Source of the DNA: Eledone cirrhosa | Taxonomy: Eukaryota | Reading direction: 5' to 3' | NCBI GenBank assembly: GCA_964016885.1 | Contig: OZ024763.1 | Location: 14,322,001 to 14,386,000 of the forward strand | DNA length: 64,000 bases | In this document: positions 12,737 through 26,457 of the stretch, in pieces | How positions within the stretch are numbered: position 1 is the first letter of the stretch | How the letters are laid out: the number at the start of each line of letters is the position of its first letter | The notes under the pieces: model-generated | Seen by the model: the letters and a program-made list of their open reading frames with translations, nothing else | What the model was told of the DNA's origin: nothing | Databases searched by the model: none | Translations under genes and position numbers: made by a program

Positions 12737-13468
12737 GGTGGTGGTGGCGGTGAAGATAATGAAATTTCGCCTTCTTTAGAGGTATGACTTCATTCAGACA
12801 ATTCTATTGGTTGGAAGGTGTGTACGTATTAACAAATAGATCCGTGACAACATGAACACAAGCTCTAATGTCAATATGAATGCTTATATTTGTATATATA
12901 TATACATGTATATATATATACATGTATATATATATACATGTGTATATATATACATGTATATATATATACATGTGTATATATATACATGTGTATATATCTA
13001 GATATTTTATTTTGATAAGATACGCCAAACTCGATCGATTTTGAATAACTTCGGTTTTCCCTTTGTACTAATATATCCGTATATAGCTTATGACTGACAA
13101 TAAAAAGTACTCAATGCCTAAGTAGAGTTTAAATATTCATTTCATTAAAGCTAATTTAACCTTAATAAAATGAATATATATATATATATGTAGATAAATC
13201 TACCAAGAGTTTACGGTAGTGTCCAATCCGTATTTTATATATATATATATTCATTTTATTAAGGCTAAATAATATATATATATTTTAATAAGAGATATAT
13301 TTTAACTGTAATTATATCTAATATAAAATAATACAACTGGCTTTCCACAAAATACATATAGCTAGCACCCCAAACACTTAAATTAGGTTTATACTAACAT
13401 ATAACCTAATGTTTGTTGAGTGAGATGGTTACCATTCGGAGTTTAGCTTAAAGCTATCTCTGTTATTG

Positions 13469-13540
<72 letters not shown>

Positions 13541-13678
13541 ATGTATATATAATGTATTTTGCAATACACTTTATGCTTAATTAAATGCATTTTGAAGACC
13601 GTAAGCTATTGTTTTAAAGTAGTGACAAATTCACTCACTTTGATCTCAATTCTAATATATATATATATATATATATAT

Positions 13679-13871
13679 AACGAAGGAGTTGTGGTAAGGA
13701 ACTAGGTGGATCATAACGCATCAGAGTACCCAATACTTAGGGTAGTAGAGTGGGTAATAGGAGAAAATAAGACCCCGACGGCAGAGCTCAAGCCGTTTCG
13801 ACGGCTATTTCAGTCCAGAAATAGCCGTCGAAACGGCCTGAGCTCTGCCGCCGGGGTCTTACTTTCTCCTA
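13679..13871. mobile_element. Family X palindromic copy
   Basis: ataggagaaaataagaccccgacggc...gccgccggggtcttactttctcctat inverted arms plus one-sided tail. Confidence 0.8.
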
Positions 13872-13990
13872 TATATATATATATATAGGCCTGCCCGTCC
13901 AGGTGATATATATATATAGTAATAAGAATATTTATATTTATATATGTTTAATACAATGATAAATATGGAGTGTAGTACTAGCCTGTTACC

Positions 13991-14048
<58 letters not shown>

Positions 14049-14245
14049 CATACAATAAATGAGTGAACCGCTTACCTAGGACCTGTCTGGAATCGGCCAC
14101 CCGTACACCACAACTAGGTAAACTTATTGTTGGGTCGTCAAACAACGCCGAACGTTAAAACTACCCTCGATACAGAGTACACATAGCCTCTACTTGGTTG
14201 GCCTCGTTAACTTAAATATGTGTATATATGTATGTATGTATATAC

Positions 14246-14284
<39 letters not shown>

Positions 14285-14289
<5 letters not shown>

Positions 14290-14407
14290 GTACATATGTT
14301 TATACATGTGTATATATTGGATCGTCAAGTATGAAATTTGTAGAAAAAAAACAAATTTCATACTTGACGACCCAATATATACACATGTATAAACATATAT
14401 GTACGTG

Positions 14408-14410
<3 letters not shown>
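14285..14410. repeat. Inverted repeat (~55-bp arms)
   Basis: ...atattggatcgtcaagtatgaaatttgt / acaaatttcatacttgacgacccaatat... Confidence 0.85.
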
Positions 14411-14446
<36 letters not shown>

Positions 14447-15041
14447 GTACATATATGTTTATACATGTCTATCCCCAACCCCAAAAATATATACACACTT
14501 TGATTAGAATGCTGTTGAAGTGTCTATATATTTTTGGTGTACATCTTGTATATAGAAGGCGATGCAGTGTTCGGGGTCAACGAAAGTCCAAAGTGGTGGA
14601 AGTGTACGATAAAAAAATAAAGGCAAACAAGCGAGGGAAAAAAAATTTGGGTCAGAGGCCCATAATATATTTAGTGATACCTCATACGACCCAGTTAGTG
14701 GGTAAGAAGATGCTCCCACCTCCCTGTCGTACTGTTGCTTATTTTAAGGGCTTTTACTAGCCTGTACAAGGGGGATAACTACGGTTTATTTTTATTCTTT
14801 TTGACAGTTTAATAAATCCCGATTATAATTCGTTATAATTTTCTATATAATGTATATTTTTCAAAATAAATTTTACAGATATAAATTTTCTAAGGTGTAG
14901 ATTATGATTATGGATGTAATTTTTCTCTTTAAAATGTTATTAATGTTTAAGAATTGTAAGACATAGCATAAAATCTGACATCATGCTGAGACACATTATA
15001 TCACTAATGTGTGCGTGCGTACGTGTGTATGTATATATATA

Positions 15042-15075
<34 letters not shown>

Positions 15076-15260
15076 ACAAAGAGGGGTTGTAAGATACCAC
15101 GTGAACTATAACGCACCAGAAGGCAGTAAGAAAAGACTCTTTTCATATATATATATATATATATATAAAAAAATTTTAATATAAGGAATTTTTTTAATAT
15201 AAGGAACTGTTTCTTTGTTTATTCATTATTTTATTAATTTATATATATATATATATTACA

Positions 15261-15308
<48 letters not shown>

Positions 15309-15839
15309 CAATTAATTGATATATATATATTACAAACAAACCGAGCATTATAATAAATGTTCGGTAAATCCATACGTACATATATATGTGTGTGCATGTA
15401 TGTATATATATATATATATATATAGATACTACTGTACGTCTGTATACATATATGTATGTACGTATACATACATGCATACTTACATTTAAGTAGCTTCCGT
15501 ACTAAGACTATATATATTCCATTTATATATATATATCGGTAATTGTATAGTTTACATTTGTAAATGTGTGATTTCTTGTAATGTTCTCTTTTTGTCATGT
15601 ATAATGTTTTTTCGTGTAAAATAAAATTAATTAGATTCTCCAGGGGTTGTGGGGGAAGAAGGCTATTATTCAAGACTTGAGAGGATATTGACCCAGTATA
15701 AAACCTATAACATTCTGATCGATATATTATTCACACACGCCCACGCATCCCCCATCTCTCTCTCTCTCGAGAGAGAGAGAGATGAATGAAATCAGTGAAA
15801 AAAGAGTTGATTTGTAATCAACTGATTCTTGTATATAAC

Positions 15840-16014
15840 TGCTTCTACTTTTGGCACAAGGCCAGCAAATAATCAGTGCATTACTGGTACTTTATTTTAT
15901 CGACCCCGTAAGGATGAAAGGCAGTTAACCTCGGCGGGATTTGAACTCAGAATGGCAAGGGCTGTAACTCTATGCGTCAAAGCATGGCGTCCGACCCTCT
16001 ACCGATACTGCCAA
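15840..16014 (-). mobile_element. SINE family A with 14-bp TSD
   Basis: TSD ttcttgtatataac at 15826-15839 and 16015-16028. Confidence 0.85.
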
Positions 16015-16238
16015 TTCTTGTATATAACAGAAGTCAATCACTCAACGGTACATATTTATCCGGAGTATCTGAGTTCAAATCCCGCCGAGGTTGACTTTGC
16101 CTTTCATCCTTACGGGGTCGATAAAATAAAGTACCAGTAATGCACTGGGTTATTGCTGGCCTTGTGCCTAAAGTAGAAACAATTATTATAATAGCAATAG
16201 TAATAAACGAAAGATATATACTTTATATCATCTCTATT

Positions 16239-16302
16239 TATTTCATTATATATATTTCGAAGATGCAAAGTTTTATGTATAACATCCTCTTCAGACAAAA
16301 TA
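16239..16302 (-). ncRNA. Type I hammerhead ribozyme
   Basis: Minus strand: uauuuugu CUGAAGA ggaug..caucuuc GAA AUAUAUAU A augaaaua; 3' half of the same family at ~30671-30700. Confidence 0.7.
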
Positions 16303-16520
16303 CATATAAGATGTACAATTTTTCATGATATACTGGTAGACAGACGATCTGGACAGATCGTTGACCACCAAGCACGCATATATATATATATATTTATATA
16401 TATAATGCAATGAAATATCTATGATCGTCGGCAAATCACTGATGAGGGACTTATTTTATTACATGTTATCCATGTGCTACCAGCAGTATTTTTCTCCCCG
16501 TTTTATCATATATATATATA

Positions 16521-17029
16521 TGGCATACGTTAAGACGAGCGTTGCGGAAAGTGAAAGTAAATTTTTTGACAACAGTGAATTTGTTTGTTTTGTTTTTTTT
16601 ACAATGAAAGTTACGATACACACGCAATTGTATGGATTTCTTAATATATATATATATGTGTGGGTGTGTATATGTGTGTATATATATGTGTGTCTGTATG
16701 TATATATATATGTGTGTTTGTATATATATATATATATGTGTTTGTGTCATCATCATCGTTTAACGTCTATCTAAAGAAAAAATAATCACACACGCAATAC
16801 TAATTAACACCATATCACTAGAGAGACCTGTTGTAAATAAACAAACAAATTCACAGTGTACACACACATATACACACATATACACACCCACACATATATA
16901 TATATATTAAGAAATCCCTACAATTGCGTGTGTATCGTAACTTTCATTGTAAAAAAAAACAAACAAAGAAATTCACAGCTGTCAAAAAATTTACTTTCAC
17001 ATTCCGGAACGCCCGTCTTAACGTATGCC

Positions 17030-17030
<1 letters not shown>
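16521..17030. repeat. Inverted pair of a ~180-bp TA-flanked repeat (family Y)
   Basis: 16521-16700 is the reverse complement of ~16860-17030; third copy at ~4990-5160. Confidence 0.8.
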
Positions 17031-17062
<32 letters not shown>

Positions 17063-17121
17063 CTATATCTTACATATATAGTCTTGTCTTGTGATCTTGT
17101 GAATACTCTTTTCTCATGTCA

Positions 17122-17158
17122 ACTACTGATGATTTCTTTTGAATGAAACAGTTCTAGT
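17122..17158 (+). ncRNA. Minimal hammerhead-like motif (family D)
   Basis: acua CUGAUGA u-uuc-uuuu-gaa-u GAA ACAGUU C uagu; stem III imperfect; homologous to 52014-52052. Confidence 0.6.
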
Positions 17159-17817
17159 CCTGTAGAAGCCATTTCTATATTAAACATAACGAGCAGAAAA
17201 GCCACCCGAGCAGAATATGCACAGAAATAGAAGAGAGACTGTGTTACACTGTCTTATGTAATCAATAAAGTAATCCATGATACATTTAAAATAGACGATA
17301 TTATATATAAACTGCAGGAGAAAATATATGCGATGTTTTTATAAGTGTTATAATATAACGGGCGCTAACCGGAAATGTTGACATTTGAAAATTTTAAAGA
17401 AGTGAATCTTTAAATAAGCAATAAAATTATTTATATTTAATCAAGAGTTACGAAATTTAATACATAAATTATGTAATATTCATTTATTATTTATTCAAAG
17501 TAATCCAACTTATTTTACAAACGGGATAAAAAAAAAATATTCTGGACGCAGTCCCGCACTCTTTTCTTTATTATAGTTAAGATCTATATATATATACATA
17601 GGTATGATGTTGAACAAATTAAAATGTCCTCGCAGGCCCTTCTGTCCACTTTACTCCATCTCCAAGGAGTAATTTAGCCAGTTATCTCAACTATTATTTA
17701 TAGCCACCTGCTACTATCATAGTAATTTCTTCTTTGGGACGCTCACATTTCAAATATAAAGAGTCCTACTTTAGGTTTAGCTTACTACAAACAAACTAAA
17801 AGTATTCAGTAAATAAC

Positions 17818-17892
17818 CCCTCAATTCTGGAGCCGGCTGGATTGTCAAGAGATGGTGGGAAGAGACCAGATGTCCTTACCCCATTGTCCCTG
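17818..17892 (+). mobile_element. Fragment of restriction-like endonuclease from a CRE-type non-LTR element
   Basis: PSILEPAGLSRDGGKRPDVLTPLS resembles the EP..L.R.DGKRPDG motif. Confidence 0.55.
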
Positions 17893-18004
17893 AGGAAGAT
17901 GTAGACACAGGGGTATAACTAGGGAAAATAGCGCCTATGGCAAACAGTGAAGTTGCGCCCCTGCCTAACATTGTATTTATAACAATGGGCCTAATAATTT
18001 AGAT

Positions 18005-18250
18005 AAATTGTTTAATGATCCAGCTACCATAGAGCTTCTCACCAACGATAATGAGATCAACTACTGAACAACCTCAAACAAGAAACAGTTGACGCACCCT
18101 CAGTCGACATTTCTACGTCAAGACTCGACAATGAGTGGACCAACCACCCGCTCAAGTTTAACTATCGCTTCTCGTATTGATGCCCATTAGGGAGCCATTA
18201 TACCAAGTGATGGTCGATACTCAGAAGAGGATCATACCTACCTTGGTATC
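18005..18250 (+). mobile_element. CR1-group LINE 3' end
   Basis: INY(W)NNLKQETVDAPSVDISTSRLDNEW...* resembles the CR1 ORF2 C-terminal WN.LP..VV.A.S...FK.RLD motif. Confidence 0.65.
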
Positions 18251-18252
18251 CT

Positions 18253-19510
18253 AGTTTTATTCTGTGTCTGTTAAAGATGGAGCGGTATTTGTGACCTATA
18301 GGAAAGTGTCTATCTAAGAGGGCTAAAAAAATGTTTTCATACATTAATTTTAACGTTGAGTGAGAAGGGAGGAGTGAACCAGATATTTTGTCTATTATTA
18401 CGATTTCTTTTCTTATTGCTGTTGTTGTTAGTGGGAGAGTAAGTGATTGGTTGCGAGAAGCCGCTGTTAGCTAACGCCGTGTTATAGTAGGGTACCGCTC
18501 TGTCAAAGATAGCCTTATTAGAGGAGAGGTTAAAGATTATAGTACTGATATTATTTACGAAGTTTCTAAAAACTGTAGGAGGGTGGCATGAGTCCTTGTG
18601 TATGTAGTTAAGTTTTTCGTTTAACTTATGGAAGGGTCTGAAGGTATGTGTGCGAAGGTCTAAATTAATGTCGTTAAGAAATCTACGTTAGAGAGGTTGG
18701 TAGCTACTGTTATCCTAAGTCCTAACTCATTAAAGGTAGAAGTTAAATCTTTTTTAAACCGGTCGAGGTCGTGACCACTTTTATGTCTCGATAAGGTCAG
18801 TCCATGTCGCGGTATATTCCCGTGTGGAAGTCCGGGAATCTAACACGTAATATGTCTAAAATAAATAGGCCAACCAAGTCGCATACGTCAGCACTGTCAA
18901 ACGAACCCATGGAGACGTCGAATAGTTCTGAAGTGGTGGACTTCTTTGCCCAGGCTACTCCGTTGTTGAAGAGGAGGGTTTTCCGGCAATGATCTCCCTG
19001 TCTAAAACATGGACGGTAGTGTAAGTGGTGGCAAAGTCCAACGCTTTTTGGGATCCCATGGAGACGTCGAATAGTTCTGAAGTGGTGGACTTCTTTGCCC
19101 AGGCTACTCCGTTGTTGAAGAGGAGGGTTTTCCGGCAATGATCTCCCTGTCTAAAACATGGACGGTAGTGTTAAGTGGTGGCAAAGTCCAACGCTTTTTT
19201 GGAGTTGAAAGAGTTAAACCACTTAATGACGGAGTCGCTGTTCTCCCACTGAGGCAGGTTGGACTTGGTCCTAATGGTCTCAACTATGTTTCTAAGTATG
19301 GCCTTACTGACTAGTCCCATATCTGTGCGTGCCGGGTTTATTAGTCTACATGTGGGGTTAGAAGCAAAGTCACCTTGTGATCTTTCAGGGTGAGGAACGC
19401 CTCCCGCTTAGCTAAGCATATCTACCTTAAGGGCGGCAGCAAGGTCTTTGGCTTCTGTATTGATGTCGTGGTAGGCCAAAGGGTTAGCCTTCTTATATTT
19501 AGAGGTTATA
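18253..19510 (-). pseudogene. Degraded Penelope-like element reverse transcriptase (tentatively Naiad-type)
   Basis: Frameshifted: EAFLTLKDHK..NPTCRLINPA..QWENSDSVIKWF..FDVSMGSFDSADVCDLVGLFIL..GIYRD(D)GL..DSCHPP..IWFTPPFS..RHFP..IFNR; internal ~150-bp duplication; GIY-YIG domain absent. Confidence 0.85.
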
Positions 19511-19678
19511 TATATATAAGTAGAAGTGGTATGTAATTTGTTGGAAGTCCGACAAACATAAATGTTTATAACTGATTTAGAGCACTCAACAGTTACTGGA
19601 GTAAATAATATCCAGTGAATTTCCAACCGATAAGGTATGATTTTCATGGGTATGTCTCTATTTATAAAAAAAACTTTG

Positions 19679-19742
19679 TATTTTATCTGATGAAAGCGTA
19701 CCAATGTTGTCTTGGTACACTTGAAATATATATAATAAAATA
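19679..19742 (+). ncRNA. Type I hammerhead ribozyme (family C)
   Basis: uauuuuau CUGAUGA aag-c-guaccaa-uguuguc-uugguac-a-cuu GAA AUAUAUAU A auaaaaua; 8-bp stem I. Confidence 0.88.
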
Positions 19743-20031
19743 AATATGGTTTTATAAATATAGTTTCCATTTATTTAATATCATTGTATATATATATGTG
19801 TGTGTGTGTACATATATTTGTATGTAATTAAGTATTGTATATATTGTTTGTGGTGTGTATATTTTCACTAAAGAAATGGAAGAATTAATGATCGGAACTT
19901 TATACTTTAGTGAAAGGATTAATTAACAAAAATATGTGGTGCATGTATGCATGTATGTATGTACGTTCTTCTGGTTTTATAATTTGATAATTATGTATGT
20001 ATGTATGTATGTATGTATGTATGTATGTATG

Positions 20032-20637
20032 TCAGGTCACCAGTTGGTGCTACTGGTAACATGTATCCCAGTACAACCTGTCACATGGTCGGGTCGTTGG
20101 CGACTAAACTGGCAACCCCACCAAGGTTTCTTGGTGAGGAGGGTGACTTTGGACATCCTGCAGGACTAAAAACAAAACCTGTCAAAGGGCAAAGGAGCTC
20201 TTAAGAGTCAATGGCCATCCAAAATCACCGGGAGAGATGATCCCTTAGTCTTTGTCAAGGCAGAATTCTAGAAGGAAAACTCTGATATAACACCTGCAAC
20301 CCTGATGGTATCCAATGATGTTGACTTGTTCTTCTTTTTGGTAAATATCATCTTGGTTAAGAGAGTGGGACTGGCTTTGTGCAGTGCCTTTGCTCACTAT
20401 AAAAGCTTCACGGCATAGGCATTGCTTTATATCTGGAGATCTCTCTGCACTTGTCGTCACATGGTACCATGGGCCCAGCACTATGTGTCAATAATTGTCA
20501 CAAGTGTAGTGTTTGTACCAGAGTTTTCAAGTCGCTGGCTGGACTAAAATGTCACACTCGTTCAGCGCATCGGTAGGGGTTCTCCTACATGGATATAAAG
20601 TAGTGGCCGTACTCGAAAACGAGTTGGCAGCCACCAT
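20032..20637 (+). mobile_element. Internally deleted RTE-like element in (ATGT)n
   Basis: UTR-like 5' part fused to C-terminal CSVCTRVFKSLAGLKCHTRSAH zinc finger; second copy 47978-48432(-); related pieces at 32850-33225, 33815-33990, 47740-47925. Confidence 0.7.
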
Positions 20638-20997
20638 GTATGTATGTATGTATGTATGTGGTGCATGTATGTATGTATGTATGTGGTGCATGTATGTATG
20701 TATGTATGTATGTATGTATGTATGTATGTATGTATGTATGTATGTATGTGTGTTTCAAACTTGTACTTATGCCAGAAAAATGTAGAGAGAGGATGAGAGA
20801 ATAATAAATAGAGGAATAGAGAGAATGAGAGAATAATGAATAGAGGAATAGAGAGAATGAGAGAATAATGAATAGAGGAATAGAGAGAATGAGAGAGGAG
20901 TTTACAGACGAATAGAGAGATTATATGATGTTATTGTTATGCCGGGTGCCGTGGGCAGTTTACACGTCATACACACGTCATACACTCAGAAATAATA

Positions 20998-21044
<47 letters not shown>

Positions 21045-21138
21045 GTGTGTGTGTGTGCGTGTGCGTGTGCGTGTGCGTTTGTATAAACACACACACACAC
21101 ATGCGTGTGTGTGTGTTTGTATAAACATATTATTATAC

Positions 21139-21184
<46 letters not shown>

Positions 21185-21206
21185 GTATAATAAACAATAC
21201 AATATA

Positions 21207-21285
21207 ATTACCTCATTACCAGAGGTTTCCCGAATATGACGAATACGAAAAAAAACGTCCTCATTCGTTCGTCGGACGAGGCAAT
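21207..21285 (-). ncRNA. Type I hammerhead variant (core CCGACGA)
   Basis: Minus strand: auugccucgu CCGACGA a-cgaaug..uauucg-g GAA ACC-ucu-GGU A augagguaau; 10-bp stem I; 3' half of the same family at ~6850-6893(+). Confidence 0.7.
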
Positions 21286-21534
21286 ATAAAACAGTGAAAT
21301 ATTTGGAAAGTCTCAACAAGAAATGCAAAAAATATATAAATAAAAGTAATGCAAGAGATATATTAAAAATATAGAAAAATATACAAAAATTATAAGGAAA
21401 TATAGTTAGGTATGTATATATGTATATATATATATGTATATATATATACATATATGTACATATATATATACATATATATATATATACATATATATATACA
21501 TATATGTACATATATATATACATATATATTTGAA

Positions 21535-21670
21535 ATATGAAATATAAGAATCAAAGAATTGTTCAAAACATTATTGTGCTTACAGCTGTTTCCTCCAAAC
21601 CTCGGTTTGGAGGAAACAGCTGTAAGCACAATAATGTTTTGAACAATTCTTTGATTCTTATATTTCATAT
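21535..21670. repeat. 136-bp palindrome built from an HHR 3' half
   Basis: Centre ccaaacc-tc-ggtttgg, followed by ag GAA ACAGCTGT A agcac. Confidence 0.85.
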
Positions 21671-21974
21671 AACTGCTCTGTAAATCATCTGATGTTTTTA
21701 CATTGAGCTACTTAACTTACTGGTAATAAGGTAGTAATACATTACTGCCTACCACTATTTAGGGTGTGTGTAAAATACTTATAACTGCATAAGATTTTGT
21801 ATTTACATAACCATAAATAGTATAACTAATACATATATATATATACATATATATATACATATATATATACATATATGTACATATATATATACATATATAT
21901 ATATACATATATGTACATATATATATATATACATATAGAAAGATTTGAATGGATACAGTTTAGTTGAAAGGAAT

Positions 21975-22203
21975 TTATTGACACGTGTTTCTATAACAGT
22001 TACATAACCTAAAACAGCTATCTACAAACTTTTAGTTATGCAGACATTCAATATTTCAATGTTATTATTTACTGTCCGCCGAGGTTAACTTTGCCTTTCA
22101 TCCTTACGGGGTCGATAAAATAAAGTACCAGTAATGCACTGGGTTATTGCTGGCCTTGTGCCAAAAGTAGAAACAATTATTTACTGTCATTTCATCAGAA
22201 TAA
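21975..22203 (-). ncRNA. Long-stem-II hammerhead interrupted by a SINE
   Basis: Minus strand: uuauu CUGAUGA a-augacag...cuguuau-a GAA ACACGUGU C aauaa once the SINE at 22077-22175 is removed. Confidence 0.7.
22077..22175 (+). mobile_element. 5'-truncated SINE A with 13-bp TSD
   Basis: TSD attatttactgtc at 22064-22076 and 22176-22188. Confidence 0.88.
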
Positions 22204-22688
22204 TATTACTGAGGACCTATTTAGTTTTTATAGAGAATATTAGGAGGGAGGGGTGAAGTTGTTAGAAGAATAGTTGAAGGAGTGGTTTTTCGATAGCAGT
22301 GAGAATTCTTGGTGGCAGTGGGTAATTAGATTCCCATCTGTTGTTTTGACATTTTTTATAGAATATATTATTGGTTATTTTTCTAAATCTATAGAAGGAT
22401 TAGAGATAGTAAAGATATGCGTGGTTGGTTTTGTGTTTGCACTTAATTAACATTCAGACTTAAATTTTTCTTTCAAGTGTACGTATCCTTTCGCCCACGC
22501 ATTCACACAAATATATTTGCACACCTCTACAAAATACATATACTCACAATTCACATATTCATACTTACATATATATACACATGCATACACATATATATAC
22601 ACACGTGTATTCATGTACATACATACGCGCTCATGTGTATACATTTATATTACAACACAACGGAAAATACTGTATATATATACATATA

Positions 22689-22728
<40 letters not shown>

Positions 22729-22792
22729 TGTACATATATATAATATATAATATATATACATATATGTACATATATATATATATATACATATA

Positions 22793-22846
<54 letters not shown>

Positions 22847-22888
22847 CATATATGTACATATATATATATATATAATATATATAATATA

Positions 22889-23008
<120 letters not shown>

Positions 23009-23150
23009 ATATATATATATATATATACATATATGTACATATATATATATATAATATATATAATATAATATATATATATATATATACATATATGTACATA
23101 TATATATATATAATATATATAATATAATATATATATATATATATAATATA

Positions 23151-23184
<34 letters not shown>

Positions 23185-23186
<2 letters not shown>

Positions 23187-23473
23187 GATCGATCGACTTT
23201 CGTCAAATCGGACCGAGTAAACAATGTTTCCGTCCGTCTTTCCAGTTGCTAATACTATCTATCGGTCGCAAGTAGAATGAGCAACGTGAAATAAAGTGTC
23301 TTGCTCAAGAACATAACGCATCGCCCGGACCGGGGATCGAACTCACAACCTCACGATATAATATATATATATGATTGTTTCTACTTTTGGCACAAGGCCA
23401 GCAATTACTCAGTACATTACTGGTACTTTATTTTATCGACCCCGTAAGGATGGAAGGCAAAGTTAACCTCGGT

Positions 23474-23480
<7 letters not shown>
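23185..23480 (-). mobile_element. Two SINE fragments (R-related, then A)
   Basis: gtgaaataaagtgtcttgctcaag...gatcgaactcac, then ttgtttctacttttggcacaagg... Confidence 0.7.
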
Positions 23481-23510
<30 letters not shown>

Positions 23511-23515
<5 letters not shown>

Positions 23516-23704
23516 AACGAGTAGGACCCCGACGGCTGAGCTCAAGCCGTATCGACGGCTAATTCTGGACTAAATTAGTCCAGAATTAGCCGTCGAAACG
23601 GCTTGAGCTCAGCCGTCGGGGTCCTACTCGTTCCTATTACCCACTCTACTACCCTAAGTATTGAGTACTTTGGTGCGTTATGGGCCACCACATTTCCTTC
23701 GTTA
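23511..23704. mobile_element. Family X palindromic copy
   Basis: ~62-bp arms around ctggac-taaatta-gtccag plus one-sided tail; (TA)n flanks. Confidence 0.85.
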
Positions 23705-23808
23705 TATATATATATATATATATGAAGTAATTCCGTCGGAAAGGTCCAGGAAAAAAGAGTGCTCTATGTAGGTTACAGAGCTTATTAGTTATTTATTACA
23801 TAACTAAC

Positions 23809-23858
<50 letters not shown>

Positions 23859-24393
23859 TATACATACATGTGTGTTTACATACACAAATAAACTTAGAAA
23901 GAGCTTAATGGATTAACATTAGGGAGATGATCGTCGTTACTGTAATACCACTAAGCAAACAGCCATCTATGTGGCGGTCACACAACACAGGACAAAAGGA
24001 AGAGGGGACGAGGAGAGACAAGCAAAGTACGTCATTGAACGAGTCATCTATGTATACAGTGGATGCCTGTATGTGCTACCGAATCCTTGGGATTCGACTC
24101 CACCAAATTGTTTGCTGTAACATAAACAACTCAAACATTACAACACTCCACCTCGCCCGCCACACACTAACTGTTCCATCTCCCACATGAATGATGTGTG
24201 GGTGTGTGTATATGTGTAGTGAAGTTTCTTCATACACTGACATCTAGCTGCCATTTCTATTTTATGAGGCTTGTATGTAGTTGACGGCCAAGAGAAAAGA
24301 CTACCCAATACTGAAGTAGACATCAAATTGTGATGACCCGGTGAGAAGCAAGCGAACTTCCAGAATGACAAGCCTCACTATTTAGCCTTAATA

Positions 24394-24465
<72 letters not shown>

Positions 24466-24527
24466 GTGAAAATCAGGTAAAATACCTCAATAAACGTAAA
24501 AAAGTGTTCGCAGCTACTTTCCTACGT

Positions 24528-24565
<38 letters not shown>

Positions 24566-24593
24566 AATATATATATATATTATATATATATAT

Positions 24594-24834
24594 AACGAAG
24601 GAAATGTGGTAAGGAACCAGGTGGACCATAACACACCAAAGTACTCAATACTTAGGGTAGTAGAGTGGGTAATAGGAACGAGTAGGACCCCCGACGGCTG
24701 AGCTCAAGCCGTTTCGACGGCTAATTCTGGACCAAATGAACATTTTTATCCAGATTATCCGGATAAAAATGTTCATTTGGTCCAGAATTAGCCGTCGAAA
24801 CGGCTTGAGCTCAGCCGTCGGGGTCCTACTCGTT

Positions 24835-24839
<5 letters not shown>
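24594..24839. mobile_element. Family X palindromic copy with longer arms
   Basis: ~80-bp arms centred on ttttatcc-agattatcc-ggataaaa. Confidence 0.85.
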
Positions 24840-24884
<45 letters not shown>

Positions 24885-25083
24885 GCCACTAATGGATCGA
24901 TGGATGTGCACACATCCAACCATCTATTAGTAGCATATATAGGACATCAAAAGGTGACTATAAGGTGAATGTGCGTGTGTATCAGTGTAGATGCTTATGC
25001 GTGGATTAATGTGTGTGTATATATATATATATAGTGTGTGTGTGTGTGTGTGTGCCTATGTTTATGTAGTTGTACGTGGATGA

Positions 25084-25139
<56 letters not shown>

Positions 25140-25178
25140 GATATTAATAAATGGAATCTATATTTATAAAACCATATT

Positions 25179-25236
25179 TATTTTATATATATTTCAAGGG
25201 TACCAAAATTTTGGTACGCACTCATCAGATAAAATA
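25179..25236 (-). ncRNA. Degenerate hammerhead (family C)
   Basis: CUGAUGA, stem II guaccaaa/uuugguac and GAAA present; 3-nt loss at the cleavage site. Confidence 0.55.
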
Positions 25237-25306
25237 CAAAGTTTGTTTTATAAATGTTGACATACCCAAGAAAGCAGACCTTTTCGGTTCAGGTTGAGTT
25301 TGGATA

Positions 25307-25358
<52 letters not shown>

Positions 25359-25449
25359 TCACACACATATCAAATTAAAAAAAAAAGAGTTAAAAACTCT
25401 ATATATGTGTATACATGCTAGTGTATCTGTTTACGCGTGCGTCGTTGAG

Positions 25450-25490
<41 letters not shown>

Positions 25491-25702
25491 TAATTTATAT
25501 ATATTTAATATATATAAATTTATTTATATGCTCTGTATAATAAAATACATACATAAAAAAATATATATATATATATATTTTTTTTTATGTATGTATTTTA
25601 TTATACAGAGCATACAAATAAATTTACAGTAGAATAACATAAATATTTTTTTAAATATATACATAAATAACATTACAAATGCTTAGAAAACATTATAAAT
25701 TG

Positions 25703-25749
<47 letters not shown>

Positions 25750-26405
25750 TTATTAAAATAACAGATTAAAGTTTAAGCATAGAATCGCTGCTTTCACCCT
25801 TAACGGGATCTTTTAATAAATATTTGCTCTACGGTTCTTATATATTTGATATATATTTTCCTTATCGAGCCCTCTTTCGATTTTAGTCTTCAATTTTATT
25901 ATTATTACTATATATATATATATATGAGCATGTATACATACACGCTCATATATATATATATGAGCGTGTATGTGTGCGTGTGTGAGTCTGTTTTGCAAGT
26001 GATGAAGCCCGAATTCATATATATATTTTAAACCACGAGGGAACGAACTCGGCAGTTTCTGGGGATAGCTGGGAATCCTGCCCTTCTATGTTTGCTTGAA
26101 GCGCTAAAAACAGTAGCCGCGGTATTATTCCTTCAAAATTACATGTTGTCATTGAATACAAACAAAAGCAAAAGGAAAAGACGCATTGGATAGTCATATC
26201 TGGAGTGTCTTTGATTATAGATTAGCTGGATCGCGGCTGACATGAGGCTAAACAACGGATATATATATATATTTATACACGCAGGCACACGCATATATAT
26301 ATATATATATATATATTGTGCCAAGCTAGAATCATACAAAGGCGAAACTCTGGCCCTAATAAAAAAAATATTAACATCTCTATGGTATTGAGCACTCACA
26401 TTAAG

Positions 26406-26457
<52 letters not shown>

